From Paraspadella gotoi (Eukaryota > Animalia > Chaetognatha), in assembly GCA_051294375.1 (NCBI GenBank), contig CM119264.1, positions 24,891,648 to 24,955,647 of the forward strand: a DNA stretch of 64,000 bases. Reading direction: 5' to 3'. Under the pieces are notes generated by a model. It worked only from the letters and a program-made list of their open reading frames with translations. It was not told the DNA's origin and searched no databases. Within the stretch, counting starts at the first letter, position 1. Each line of letters opens with the position of its first letter. Below, piece by piece: positions 41,506 through 55,529 of the stretch. The translations under genes and the position numbers were made by a program.

Positions 41506-43182
41506 AGACTTAATGTTGGAGGAATCTCCCAATCATTTCTGCTTTTCTCTCAGGATTTTATCTCCGAATAGTCAGGCGCCAACCAGAGAGCGATTCAGAC
41601 GCAGAAAGATTTTTAAAGAGGAGGAAAAAGAGAGAGAGAGAAAAGAGAAGAAAAATGAGCTAAAAAAAAGTAAAAGTAAAATAAAAAGGGGGAAAAAAAG
41701 GAAAAGCCTCGTCCCACCATAAAAAATCTCACCAAATAATCTCGTCTTTTATCCCTCAGTCCGAAATTCGTCTGCCTTTATTTTCTTTATGGTTGTCTTT
41801 TTCCTCTTTAAGTTTTTATAGGAGTTAATATTTTATCAGTTTTTTGTTATTCTGGGATTCTTTTTGGTTGGGGAGTTATAGGTATACATAATAACTAGTG
41901 TTAATGAATTTCGTTTTCAAGATTATGATATCAACTATAACAAAAATGTTGATTATTATTGTACTAAATCAACCTTGTTGAATTCTAATAAAATCGCATG
42001 TATATTAAAATCTTTATTCAAGTATTCTACTTTCCTTCAAGAAGTGTTTTTTCTTCTAATTATTCTTGTAAAAAATAAAAGATATTTATCCCTGCTATTT
42101 CCCTCCCCGGCTTATATCTCTCTTCTCTGCTCTTATCTTTCCTTTTTTGCTCTTTTCTTTTTGGTTTAATCTCTACTCCATCTCATTTTATCATAAATTC
42201 ATTCGCTCGTCTTTCTTTTTTTATTTAGGATTTTTTTCCATCTTTGTTACTGGAACTTGTTAGTGGACTTTGCTTCATTCTTTCACTTGTAATTTTAAAA
42301 CTATTTAATTTTTTGTTTTCGAAATCGAAAACTTTACGATTTTTCGAAGAGGTATAGCGATAGCCACTTTCTCACTTTCTCCACCATTCAAAACGTTTAG
42401 TTTAAGAAAGAAAAAAAAACAACCTAAAGAAAGAAATAGGGGGAAAAAAACATTGACCTCACGAAATCTTTTTAATGGTTCAACGACTTGGAAACGAAAC
42501 AAAAAATCATAAAAGACTTTTTGATCTCGAAGACAAAAATCGGGGTCATCGAAGATTGAGAGAGTCGAATGGTCAACATAGTCAAAAGGTCGAGTGGTCA
42601 AAATGGTCCAAACGGTCAGGGTCGAAGATACGAGGGGAACAAGTGGAACGACGACGAGACTGAGTTCCTTGACCCAAAATAGAAAAGAGAAATTAGGGAC
42701 AAAAGAAACCACGACGACGACCATGAGGATGACGACGACGACGACGACGACAAAAACAATGAGGACGAAGACGACGACTCAATAGGAAGAAAAGCTTCCA
42801 GCTTGGCGTCTTCGAAGACTTCGACGGGCTGTTGCTGTTTTCGTTGTTGCCTCTGCTGTAGTCGAAGCCCCAGACAAAAACAAAAATCTCAGGTGAATGA
42901 AATGGAAGCCGATTTAAACGTCACGTGACTACCAAGTCTCACCAGGTCGATTCATTCGGTCCGAAGACGCGAGGTCAAATCTATGGTACCGGTCTCTCTT
43001 AGGCCATTGTTGTTGTTGTCGTCGTCCTCTCACTGAAGTCAATATTCGCGACGAAAATTCGACTGAGAATCAGTCACGATTTTGATTTCGACGCAGACAG
43101 AACCAAAAGGAAAATTCTGAATCCAATATTTTTTTGGAAGACAAAACTTAACAATTTCTCATCCGATTTATTTAAAAAAAAA

Positions 43183-43857
43183 ATGTCTCCTTACCTCCTC
43201 ACCCTTTCCATCGTCTTCTGCCTGACCCTGTCCGTCCTCGGCTGCGGACGAGACGATCACTCCAGCTCAGGCAGTGACTATTATCATCACTACCATCACT
43301 ACGGCGGCTACTATGAGCCTTACTTCACCTACTACCCTTCCTTCTATCCTTCCTACTCCTACGACTGGTACGATCCTTACTACTACTACGCCGCCCGCCC
43401 CGCCCGACGCGTTTCCCCGCTCCAGCTGGCCCTGGCCAAGACTCGCAACAAGGTCGTCGTCCACGACGCCTCTTGGACCGACTCCAACTGCACTTACGAG
43501 TTGACAACCTCGCCGGCACTGTCCTGGGTCGACGCCCGCGACGCCTGCAACAAGCGCGGCGCTCTTCTGGGGGTGGTGGCGTCGGCGGCGGCGTCGGAGC
43601 GCGTGGCGGAGGAATTCGCCGTCAACGCCACGGAAGCGGCGTCTTTCTGGATCGGCGCCAGCGACAACGCCAACGAGGAGATTTGGGGTTGGGTCGATGG
43701 AAAAGTCATGGATTTTGCGGATTGGACCAAGACGCCGGACGGAGGGAAGATGGAAAACTGCGCCGCCTTTGACATTGGCGTCAACGCTGTCCAGAGCGGA
43801 AGATGGAACGACGAAGACTGCGACGAAAAGAAAGCGTATCTTTGTCAAAAGTGTTAA
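43183..43857 (+). CDS. Intronless secreted C-type lectin domain protein with His/Tyr-rich N-terminal segment (224 aa)
   Basis: Signal peptide MSPYLLTLSIVFCLTLSVLG, followed by SDYYHHYHHYGGYYEPYFTYYPSFYPSYSYDWYDPYYYY. CTLD motifs LSWVDARDAC, FWIGASD, WGWVDG, PDG-ENC and WNDEDCDEKKAYLCQK. Confidence 0.93.
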   Translation: MSPYLLTLSIVFCLTLSVLGCGRDDHSSSGSDYYHHYHHYGGYYEPYFTYYPSFYPSYSYDWYDPYYYYAARPARRVSPLQLALAKTRNKVVVHDASWTDSNCTYELTTSPALSWVDARDACNKRGALLGVVASAAASERVAEEFAVNATEAASFWIGASDNANEEIWGWVDGKVMDFADWTKTPDGGKMENCAAFDIGVNAVQSGRWNDEDCDEKKAYLCQKC

Positions 43858-44749
43858 GAACTTGGAACACGTGCGACGAGTGACTCATGGGAAGTTGTAA
43901 ATTACAACTTGTAATTTAGCTTGTTTCTACCTAACTGTAACAATTTAGATTGACATAAATATGCAGATTATCGTTTGCTCTTTTTAAGTTTGATGTTAAT
44001 TTTATTTTGGGGTTAAATTTTAAATTTATCTTTATATATTTGAATATTTTAGTTTTTGTACACAATTTACAGGTATACCTGTATATAATTATTTTCAACT
44101 AAGTAGATAGTAGAACTTTTCTTTACTGATTTTGTAACCGTTTTGATGTCAGTTAAGATTTTCTAGTGTATGATTTGTTGCTTGTTAAGTGACTGTTGAG
44201 TAATTAAATTTCATTTAGCTGATTTTCTGTGTTTTTATTAACAAAAAAAAACGGCTTCCGATTCGTTGGTTTACAACTCGAAACCCAAAACAAAACAGTT
44301 CTTTGTTATATGACAAGAAAAAAAAAGATTTTAAACTTAATGCTTTGTGCATGTCCCAGATTTGTTTAGGATTTCAAACTTGGCCACTTGATTGGTATAT
44401 TTATAATTGAAATAGTCATACTAGTACTACTTGTACTACTACTATCGTGTGAAAAAAAAAACAAAAAAAAAAAACGCGCCACTTTATAATTTTAAATTCC
44501 AAACGCTTTGTAAGAATATTTTAAAAAAATTATATAAAGTTTTTTAAAAAACAATGTATATAAATTTATGTTCGGTCAAGTGGTATAAGAGATATGATTT
44601 TTTAAACTTGGAAAAAAAAAGAAGGGGAAATCGAATTTTATTTAAAAGAATAATTGCCCAGTGATTCATCTTATTTTTGAATAACCTTAAAATTATTATA
44701 TTTAGAAATCTGGGTTATTCTGGTTACTACTACTTCTATCCCTCAATAA

Positions 44750-44790
<41 letters not shown>

Positions 44791-44883
44791 ACACCCCCAC
44801 CTTCTCCATATTCGCCTTTCCTCTTGTGATCGAAGGGGTTGGGAGCCGTTGACCCTCACAACCAGAATCTGCCGATCAGTCGC

Positions 44884-44918
<35 letters not shown>

Positions 44919-45946
44919 TTTAGTATTGCAACTACTCTCTGCAACTTATGGTTCAAGGAAAAAATGAACAAAGAGCGTATGATATTTTTCATGAAAAATA
45001 ATTTTCTCAAGACCGTCCAATTAAGAAGTTATATACCTACCAATGAGAGAGAGAGAGGGAGAGAGATATGGAGGAGAGAGAGCCCTCTTCATTTAAAAAA
45101 AAGCCCAAAAAGAAGCGGGGAAAAAAGCGAGTGATGGATGAGATTTCTCACCGCCCAGGACGCGGCCTCGACGCCAGCGGCGGCGGCGGTGGCGGAAGCG
45201 GCTGAAGCGGCGGAAGCGGCGGGGAATGAAGCGACTCTACAGACTTTCCTCTTCAAGTCACGTGATTTTCCTTTTCTTTTTTTTTTTCAGTCCAATTTCC
45301 CTATTTTTTTTCTTCACGAAAAAAAAAACCCGCAAAAAAGTGATGAAACTGAAAATTGGTAAAACCAATTCAAATATTAATTTACTTGAAAGCTGTTCGT
45401 TGAAAAATATAAGTATCTTTCATTGATTATGTAATAATAGATATATATACAATATATTAATATATTACGTAATTGTATTTAGGACTGATAAAGTAAACGA
45501 AATGTACTGAAAGTCAATCCAAACAGAAAAAATATCGTTTATTCAGTTTCGAGTTCAGAGAGAGAGAATGAAAGAATGAAAGAATGAAAGAATATAAGAA
45601 AGAAAAAAGATAGAATGAAAGAATGAAAGAAAGAAAAGAAGAAAGAATGAAAGATTGAGAGATAGAGAGAGAGCTTTTTTCCATATCCCGACGACGAGCA
45701 CGTTTTTGACAGTTTTTTTTTCTCGGCGAAATGTTTACATTTATTTGGCTGAAGAGACAGACTTATTTACATTTATTCCTGGTAAATATATGCGTCGCCA
45801 CGTCGTCGCTCTCCTTTTCGTACTACTTCGCTTTTTTCCAATTTTTTTCTTTCTACTTTTGTGTTGAGTTTTTTTTTTTGTCCTTCGTGAGAGGTTCGCA
45901 GTCTCTCTGTCTTTCTGTCCATATGTGTATCTTTTTCTATCTTTCA

Positions 45947-45989
<43 letters not shown>

Positions 45990-46009
45990 CTCTCCTCTCT
46001 TCTCTCTCT

Positions 46010-46062
<53 letters not shown>

Positions 46063-46295
46063 CTTCTCTGTCCGCTCCTCATCCTCTCCTATTTTTTTAG
46101 GCCAAATAAATCCTCTTTTTTTTGCCTTCAAGGCGCAACGATAATCTTCTTGAATGAATGGTTCATGAGGGCAAGTAAAGACAGTTATGGGAAGACAGAA
46201 AAGAGAGAGAGAGAGAGGATTGAGGAGGGAAGGAGGAGGAGAGAAAACAGAAAGAAAGTAAGGAGCGAGAAAACAATTGAATAAGGGCGAAAGTT

Positions 46296-46377
<82 letters not shown>

Positions 46378-47142
46378 ACAGACAAAGAAAGAAAGGAGAG
46401 ACAGAGGAGGACAGACAGAGAGAGAGACAGAGAGTGGTAGGGAAGGGGGAGGGGCCTTCTTTTCTTCGAGTCTTGAAAAGAAAAGATTGAAGCCGCGAGT
46501 CGTCAGGACCGACGAGAAGTCGCGACGACTCGAAATGTGAATGGGTGGGCGACTTGAAAGCCACTGTGGGGGAAAAGGAGGTTTTGAGATATGAGAAAGG
46601 CAGGAGAGATCGTGGGCGACGAGAAAGACTTGTGGGGACGAGGAGTATAGCGGAAGGGACTCGTGATTGAGTTAGGTAAGTGAGAAAGTTGAGGAAAGGA
46701 GGAGAAAGTGGATGTCAAAAACTGTGATTACATCGACTAAAGTTCGATATCGATTCTCACCATGTGACTTTGGAATTCAAGCACCAAAATCACGCCGCCC
46801 TTTTGACAAGAGTCACAAGAATCACTCGGAAGTGAAAGTACCTCATGAATCGCGCTAATTGCTGATTGGCTGGAACGTTAGCCTACTGATTGTAGGGAGT
46901 CCAGGACTCATTGCTGATTTGACTCCCATTTTTTGTCTGACGAACCGCTGAGTGGACCCAAATTTGGTCGCGGTCCTTTTCAAGGAGAGACGAGCTGAGG
47001 ACGTGACTTGAACTTAGCTTGAAAGACTCAGACATTAAGACTTGGACCTTGTCGGGACTTGAATCTTAGCACAAACAAGATGGTTTCATCCAAAGTGTTG
47101 CGTCGCAGTAACTTTATTTTCTCGTGACATGACATGACATAA

Positions 47143-47192
47143 CCTGACAATATGTGACATGACGTGACATTACATGACTACATGACTACAAT
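47143..47192. repeat. (TGACA)n degenerate pentamer repeat
   Basis: GTGACATGACATGACAT...GTGACATGACGTGACAT. Confidence 0.7.
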
Positions 47193-49529
47193 AACTTTCT
47201 TAGCCTGACACGTACTGCATCGGAATTTCGTCTTTAATTTCTAACAGTTTTAGAATTTCTTGAAGGCGGCGCTAGCAGTCCCTTGCATTTGGGTTGTTCT
47301 TTTTTTTTGTCTTAACAAATGAGAAACTAACTATAGGCGAATAATGAGAATTTTGAACGTAAGTGAGACAGACATACCGACCGACAGACCGACCGAAAAG
47401 TGACTTTTAGAGTTGCTCCGCGAGTACTCGCCAAGCCGTTCGTCAAACTAAATGGCGCCAAAGCCGCTCCCAAAGCGCGTGACTGAGATCGGCGCCAAAA
47501 AACGGCACAATGGCGCGTGACTTGGAGGGGCGCCTAAAGACGCCGCAAAATTTGGTCCGGGGCCAAAAGACGCCGCTGCCGAATCCATTGTGGAAATTCA
47601 TAATTATTTCAAAAGGAGGAAAAGAAAGAGAAGGGAAAGGGGGAGAGAGGGGGAAGAGGATGACGATAGGGAAGGAATAAGAAAAGAAAAGAGAAAAGAT
47701 GAGAAAGAGATGAGATAGGAAAGAAAATTAGAAAGATGAGAGAACTGAGTTAGCAAAAAAAAAGAGAGGGAGGGAAACGAAGACCGCTAGAGAGGAGGAG
47801 GAGGAGGAGGAGGAGGAGGAGGAGGAAGAGTTTCCAGCACCGAATTCCTCTTCTTTTGACAGACGTTTCGCAAAACGAATTTTCTCCCCCCCCTCTCCGC
47901 CTCCCTTCCATCTTTCCTTTCCTCTAATTTCTCTTTCCTCTTCCTCTACTTTTTTTTTTTTCGTTTACTCTCTGACAAAAAAATGTAGGAACCGAGTTTT
48001 TTGAATCTTGGTTCGCAAAATCGGATGAGGAGTCACGAGAGAGAAAAAAAAAAGGATTAGAAAAGTAGGACAATTGAAAATCAGATTCGCCGGTTTGGCG
48101 GGAGCGAAAGGGAAATGAAAAAAAAAGGATATAAAGGAAAAAAAGGAAAAAAAAATTGTGAGGAAGTCGACGGATGACGAATGCAAAGGTGAAAGAGGAA
48201 AGAGTTTAAGTGAAAAGGAAATGGAAAAAGAAAGGGAAAAGAAAGGAAAAGAGGAAGAAAAAGAAAAAGGGGAATAATAGAAATGAATAAACAAAGAAGG
48301 ATGTTATATACTGGAGATCGATTTAAGTGAACTAAGAATGCTAAATAAAAGAAACTGAAGTTAATATTTAAAACGAATAAAGAAAGAGTTTAAAAGGGTT
48401 AGGAAAAAGCGAGGACTTTCTTCTTTAAATATTCACAATTGAGAGAGAGAGAGAGAGNNNNNNNNNNNNNNNNNNNNNNNNNNNNNNNNNNNNNNNNNNN
48501 NNNNNNNNNNNNNNNNNNNNNNNNNNNNNNNNNNNNNNNNNNNNNNNNNNNNNNNNNNNNNNNNNNNNNNNNNNNNNNNNNNNNNNNNNNNNNNNNNNNN
48601 NNNNNNNNNNNNNNNNNNNNNNNNNNNNNNNNNNNNNNNNNNNNNNNNNNNNNNNNNNNNNNNNNNNGAGAGAGAGAGAGAGAGAGAGTGAGAGAGAATT
48701 TGAGTAGGAAAAAAGGTCACGGAAATTCTAAACGTCTCCTTTTTCGTGAAAAAAAGTGTGATTCGCGAAATGTGAATCAAATTTTTTCCCCGAGTGATTT
48801 TTGGAACGATTCTCTTGTCGTTCGATGAGATGAAACTTGGATGAGTGATAATTGTGATAGAATTGTGAGAGAGATGAGTGAGAGATAAGTGATCGAAAGA
48901 GGATTTGAACGCGAGGGTGAACGAGATTAAAGGGGCGGTGGGTGAGGAGGTGGTATTGGCTGGTGAGGTCATCGCCTGCAACAGACAAGATGGACGGACG
49001 GATTTATTGGCCAGAATCGACAGATGGCGCGAAAGAAGTTGCGTCTTTGTCCCTCAGACGAAATAAGACGAAATCGAAAACAATGGGACATTTGATTCTT
49101 ATTAGTTTCTCTTTGTTTTTGTTTCTTTTTTGCGTCTTGAGCTCGATATTGCGGTACAGAAGGGATGATAGTGAAGGAATTTAATGTTGCACATATGGAA
49201 CATATACATAATTATACAATAAGAAATTAATTCCTTAATGTATAACAAAAGAAATGGAGAAAGCATGAAAAAAAGAATTGAAAGAAAGAAAGAAAGAAAG
49301 AAAGATAGAAAGAAAGAAAGAAAGAAAGAGAGAAAGAAAGAAAGAAATAAAGAAAGAAAGAAAGGAAGAAAAATAAAAGAAAGAGCGAGGGAGAAGAGGA
49401 AAGCTAGAGAGAGAGAGAGCTCGGGAAATCGAGTAATGAAGTATTCTAGGGATGAGAGCACATTCGGCTTTTAGTGGACAAATAAACTCTCCAGATCAGA
49501 TGGGTTTTTTATCTGGGAAAAGGGAGGGC

Positions 49530-49664
<135 letters not shown>

Positions 49665-50644
49665 TGGATGAGGAGATGGAGAAATGGCTTCATTGCATCA
49701 GGTTGAGAGAAAGCGCCAAGTATTGAACAGGTGACGCAAATTAATTAAAAGTACACAAATTAATTCAGTTCATAGTTGCTTGACTTAAGAGAGAGCTTAA
49801 GATTCATGTAGGAAAAAATTGATACATTTAAAAAGGAGAAAATTAAAAAAGTGAAATTTAGTATTGTAGAAATTTCAAATATTGTGATTCAATCAAGAAT
49901 TAATTGGAAGGATCGTTGTGAAGTTATTTGAGACTTCACGTCCGCGTTCATAGTCGGGTTCTGAGGGAGACAAATACGTCATATTACTTACCACTAAACC
50001 TCTTGAATGCTTAAAAATTATTTAAATTTAGTTGTTTAAATTGTTTAAAATCAAAAAGAAAACAAATTACAAAGAAGATAAGGAAGTGACGAATTTAGAT
50101 CATTGTGAACTAAGGACAAAGATAAAGACGAGAAGCAGACGAGAAGAAGAAACGGAGAAGAAAGAGAAAAGGAGAAGGAGACAAAAAAGAAAAGAAAACG
50201 ATAAGGAAAGGATAACGAGGCTCAGAGGTTGAGAGGGTCAAAATGAGAAGGAGAGATGTTGACAGAAGCGGAACGAGATCGATATTTGAGAGGAAAGAGA
50301 TGAGTGGGATGGTGGATGGTGGATGGTGTATGGTGGATGGGGGAAGGAGATGGGAGAAGGAGATTGGAATGAGAATTGGGAAAGGAGATGGGAGAAGGAG
50401 ATGGGAATTAGGATGGAGAGAAATGGAGGAAAAAAGTTTGAAAATGAGCATAAGTGAAGCAGATCGAGTAGAGTGGACAAATTCGAATTATGACCCACGA
50501 CCCGAAACTGGTTGAGATCTCAGCAGGAAAATTTTAGAAGACGAATTGAAAGTCGAAGAACAATACATCATCTGTTTCAGCAGAAATCGGAGGGGAAAAA
50601 AAGATAAGGATGGAGAAAAATTCCATTAAGAATAAAATTGGAGG

Positions 50645-50723
<79 letters not shown>

Positions 50724-52788
50724 GGAGACGGCAGGACAGAGACAGAGAGGGACAAAGACAGAGACAGAGAGAAGAGATAAACTCAGACGCGTGGGAGAAA
50801 AGAAAAATAAGGAGGAAGAAGAGAGAGAGAGAGAAAGGAAATCGTCTCAAGGGCCTCACCCGCCCTCACCCTTTCCCACTCTCTCGCCTCACCCTCTGCT
50901 CTTTTCATTAGCATCAGGTTTTTTTTTTCAATTTCGTCTGATCGAATTTTTCTTCCTGTTTTTTTGTTTTGTTTTTGATTTTTTTTTTTATTTTTTATTT
51001 TTATTTTAAAAAGTGTTTTTATTTTGTAATATGACCACTTTTATGAAATTGGTACAACCGAGTTAAAATATAACCATTCATTTTATTTAATAAGCTATCT
51101 TTTCCTGACTTTCGATAGGCAATGGTTCGTTAACGTCTCCTTCCCTCTTACAGAATAACAAGCAAGCAGAGCAGAACTGTTTTCGTGATTTTTACAAAAA
51201 ATCTATTTTGTCTTTTTTTTTTAATTCTCCTCTTCGCCAGATTTTACTCACCTAAAAAAAAACTACCCCCTCAACCCCTCCTCTTGTCCCCTCAACACCC
51301 CCCTTTTCCTCTCAACACCCCCTCTACTCCACAAACCAAGGGTCTCGACCCCTCGATCCTTCCTTCATGACTCCACATCCGCGACGCCGATTTTACGATT
51401 CGTCTTCGCGATAAAACATCTTTCCCGAGGTCGACCCCAAGGATATTTCCGAGCGAGCGGCGGGCGGTGGAAGGGGTCTTTGAGGGGGAATGGGGTTTGG
51501 AACGGGGTATGGGCGTCCTGGAGGGGAGCATATTTAGAGGAGGGTTTAGAAAAGCCCTAGGGGGTCCAGTAGGCCTTTTTGTGGGGGGGTCAAGAGCCGT
51601 TCAGATTCGGAAGATTATTGGCGGTTCTCGTCAACTGGTCGTCGCTTCGTGTTGTATTTTTGTTCGATATTGATTTTTCGGGGCAGGTTCGGTTATTGTA
51701 TTTCTCTCCAGTTCGAGGTGAGGGCGAGAAAGGCAGTTGAGTTAGGATAAATTTAAAGTCTCGTGGGCGAAAGCTTGAAATAGCTCTGACCCATGGATTG
51801 GCAGAATTAGGAACGGCGGGCGACTGCAGAGGAGGGAAGTTAGAATGTGAGTGAGAGGTGGTTAGACAGAAAGTATAGGGATGAGTCAAGGGGCGATATA
51901 ATGGGTAAGTTACGAAAAAACGTGTTTTTCTTTGTCCGGTATTAGGAGGATCGAAAATTAACAATTTTAGTGAAATCATTACGTAATTCAGAATTTATAA
52001 AGAAAATCATATCTCTACATATATATATTTATATATACGCCAAGATACTAAATACTTTAAAATTGATTTTTCGCGCCCCAAAATTGAAAACGCCGAGAAA
52101 ACTTGACTTACTTTTGTGATTCGTTAGCCGTCACGACTTTTCGATATCTGATGACTTAACATTCACTCTCGATATTCACGCCTTCGTGAGTCTTGACGGA
52201 ATCAGCGAACGAGGAGTTCTGACGGTCTTCTCACGAATTTGGTCGTCATTGCAGAATCTGTGAATATTTTATTAAATCGAAATCGATTTGATTGATTACC
52301 AATCAATTTTATCGATGACCAAGTTGAGTCTCCGACCAGTCTAGACCTAAATCCCGAGAGACCAATCGACACATCACGACTTTGAAAGCAGAAATTACAG
52401 AAAGTTTGATAAGGCGTCACAACGGCGTGACGGACGGTGTCACAGACGGCGTGACGGACGATGACGTTACAGACGGCGTTACAGACGGCGTATAGACAGG
52501 CATGATATTCAGAATAACAGAAGGAATGGAGATTGGAGACCAATAGGCAGGTAGGCATTAAGGGAACAGAATTACAGTTGTACAGTTGTTTGGAACATAA
52601 TGACAAATTAACCCTTTTAAATAAAAATAACATAATAGCTCAGAAACAGCCAAAAAGTCAATAAACAAAAACTGATATTAAACAAATTTATTGGATGATG
52701 TAACAGCAATTTATCTTACTTAAAAGAAATTTGGAGAAGCAGGACGAAGAGCAAAACGAGAGAGAGAGAGAGAGATGAGAGAAGAGAG

Positions 52789-52839
<51 letters not shown>

Positions 52840-52932
52840 AAGAGAGAGAGAGAGAGAACTCTGATGCCACTAATATCTCACTTAATCCCTTGTTTTATTC
52901 CTGTCTGAGACGATTCCGGCCACTGAGAGTCC

Positions 52933-53014
<82 letters not shown>

Positions 53015-54261
53015 TATTCTCTGTCTCTCTTTATCTCTGAGTGTCCCTCTCGATCTCCCTCTCACTCTCTATCTGCGCTTCGCGTCGGCCATCAATCTCA
53101 ATTTTCCATAATTGCAGATGATCTGCTTATCGTCGTCGTCGTCGTCGTTCACCCATAAAAACCCGGTCCCTTGCTGTCCTCTATCAGACTATCGCCTTCC
53201 GCATGAAAAAGTTTCTCAGGATGTAAGCAAACGCCATTTAAAAACCCGGATCTAATGGCAAAATGATTAGCACTAAAAACATTAGCTCACCGACTCGTAT
53301 TTATATATTTTATTATATTTTTCATATAATATTTTAATTCGTCGAATGGCTGTTTAAAACCAAAATATATACAGAGTGTCTCAAGCGTACTCTCACTTTA
53401 CAAATGAACTGTGTCAAATTGGATCTATGGTTTTATATATATATTTATTTTATAACTGCTAATAGTTTAAAAATAAATTAATACTGATGTAGAAGCTTTG
53501 TCACAAAACTCGGTTATTCTTCGATCGCAACTCCATCTCTCGGTGGGAATTTCAATCCGTTTTAAATATCGGTTTCGATGTCTTCTTTCCTGATTAAAAT
53601 CGATAATTTTTTTCCCTCATTTTTCCCGCGTTTTTTTTCTTTTTTTTTATTATTTTAATCCCTTTGATTCTTATGCGTCGCCAGACCAAAGGATATAATC
53701 ATAGAAGGATCGCTTTTCCGAGAAATGAAAAAAAATTTTTTTCCTGATAATGATGCCTTTTGTTGTTGTTGTTGGTATCATCGGGTTCGTTATCTGTAGG
53801 CGAAGCCGGAGGATAAGAGAATATAATTTTAAAGCAAGTGGGGGGGGGGGAGGATATCGACCCTCAAAATGCGTTCGGTGCTCCGTACGATTAGCACTAT
53901 TACTATTAGTATTGCTATACTATTAGTATTGCTAGTATTACTATTAGTATTAGCTAGCCTCAAACCTATCATGTTTTGCTACTGAAATGGGGAGTTCTAT
54001 AAAAATGACCTGAGAATGTAGTTATGCAATTCAGCACTAGTCCATCTGAGATGAGAAGGGCTGAGAAAGCGCAATGGTATCGCAGTTTTACGGCATCGCC
54101 AAATACTTAAGACATAAAACATAATTGATATTCAACGTTTGATGTCAAGTAAAAAATAAAAAATTATAATGATCAAAATCATTTAACAGGACGAGTACAA
54201 AATATTTACAAACAATGGAAAAAATGGGCTCTTTTCAGAGATTCATCCATTTCATTTCTTG

Positions 54262-54710
54262 TATCCCTGAACTTGATTTTAATCAATTTCTGTAGTCATA
54301 ACCCAATCTGTAACGCTAATCCCTAAACCTAATCATCACCCCAATAAACCTTAGCCCAATCCCTAATCTTAAACCTAACCCAACTTTAACCTAACCCTTT
54401 ATCCCTAAGCATTATCATTAACATTTATCAAAAACATAGTAATTTACCCTCATCCTAAACCTAATCTATTACCTTTACTTTGTAGCGGAATTATAATTAA
54501 TTTTTTAATTAAAAATTAAGTAGAAAGTTAGGTTAAGATTAGTTTAAGGATTAGGTCAGAGATTAATTGAGGGTTATGGTTAAGGATTAGAGTTAAGATT
54601 AAAAATTAGATATAAATGTTGAGGGTTAAGGATTAGGGTTAGGGAGTTAAGTTTATAATTTTAGAAACATGATTAAGTTAAAATATTAGATTAAATTAAA
54701 TTCAGGGGTA
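54262..54710. mobile_element. MITE-like element with degenerate telomere-like repeats (copy 1; copy 2 at 60108-60556)
   Basis: Imperfect terminal inverted repeat TATCCCTGAACTTGATT / AATTAAATTCAGGGGTA (14/17 match). Left half has CCCTAA/TAACCC-like repeats and right half TTAGGG/TTAAGG-like repeats. Confidence 0.55.
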
Positions 54711-55529
54711 AAATCAACAGAAATGGTTCGCTATGGGAAAGGAATGCCAAAATATTTAAAGATATTCAAAATCAAAAAATATTCGTCAATTGATCGTTTG
54801 GAGTAATTGTTTCCTCGGGGTGAGCTGCTCGACCACGATCTTCTAATTTTTCCGTACTGAAATAAAAAGCGAATTACAATAGAAAATAATAAAACTTGAC
54901 CAAAAAATAATATATCAATAAACAATTTTTTACATTTTTAGCCTGGCACATCAAGACACTCAAATATTAAATAAATAGATTTAATTCCCAATAAATAATT
55001 GTTTTGTTTAAAATAACGGTCTTTGTAATAAAGTTATAAACTTATAAAATTGGTTTTCCTTTGAACATAAAAAACCTTTTAAAATTCTCTAAATCTAAAA
55101 TCTTAAATCAAAGAATTTATATACTTAATATTTTGTAATTTATTCTTTGAAATCAATTTTGAAAATAGATTCTTGTCTTTTATTACTTTAATTGGATTTT
55201 GTTACTAAAATAAATGAACAAGAAAGGTAATTCAAATGTGTTGTGCCGCAGTGACTTTCTACCAAATGTGTATTTATGACACGCAATGCATCAGAATCTT
55301 GTTTTTTATTCTTTAAAATTTTTTGAAACTAAAAAACTATAGGATCGATTTTTATGATTTTTTCCTTCCTTCTCTAGAACTTTATAAATTGTCGTTTAAA
55401 ATAAATTGAAAAGCCTTTCCAAATAGAAAATAAAATTTTTCTTACAGTATCATATTGACACAATCTGGGTATAATATTTTAATTGTTTTTTCTAGAGCAA
55501 CAAATTTAATCTAATTTTGTAATTTCAAC

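Noticed and set aside
54300-54650. True telomere or chromosome-fusion site
   Set aside because: The repeats are highly degenerate, short and oriented CCCTAA then TTAGGG, the opposite of a fusion scar.
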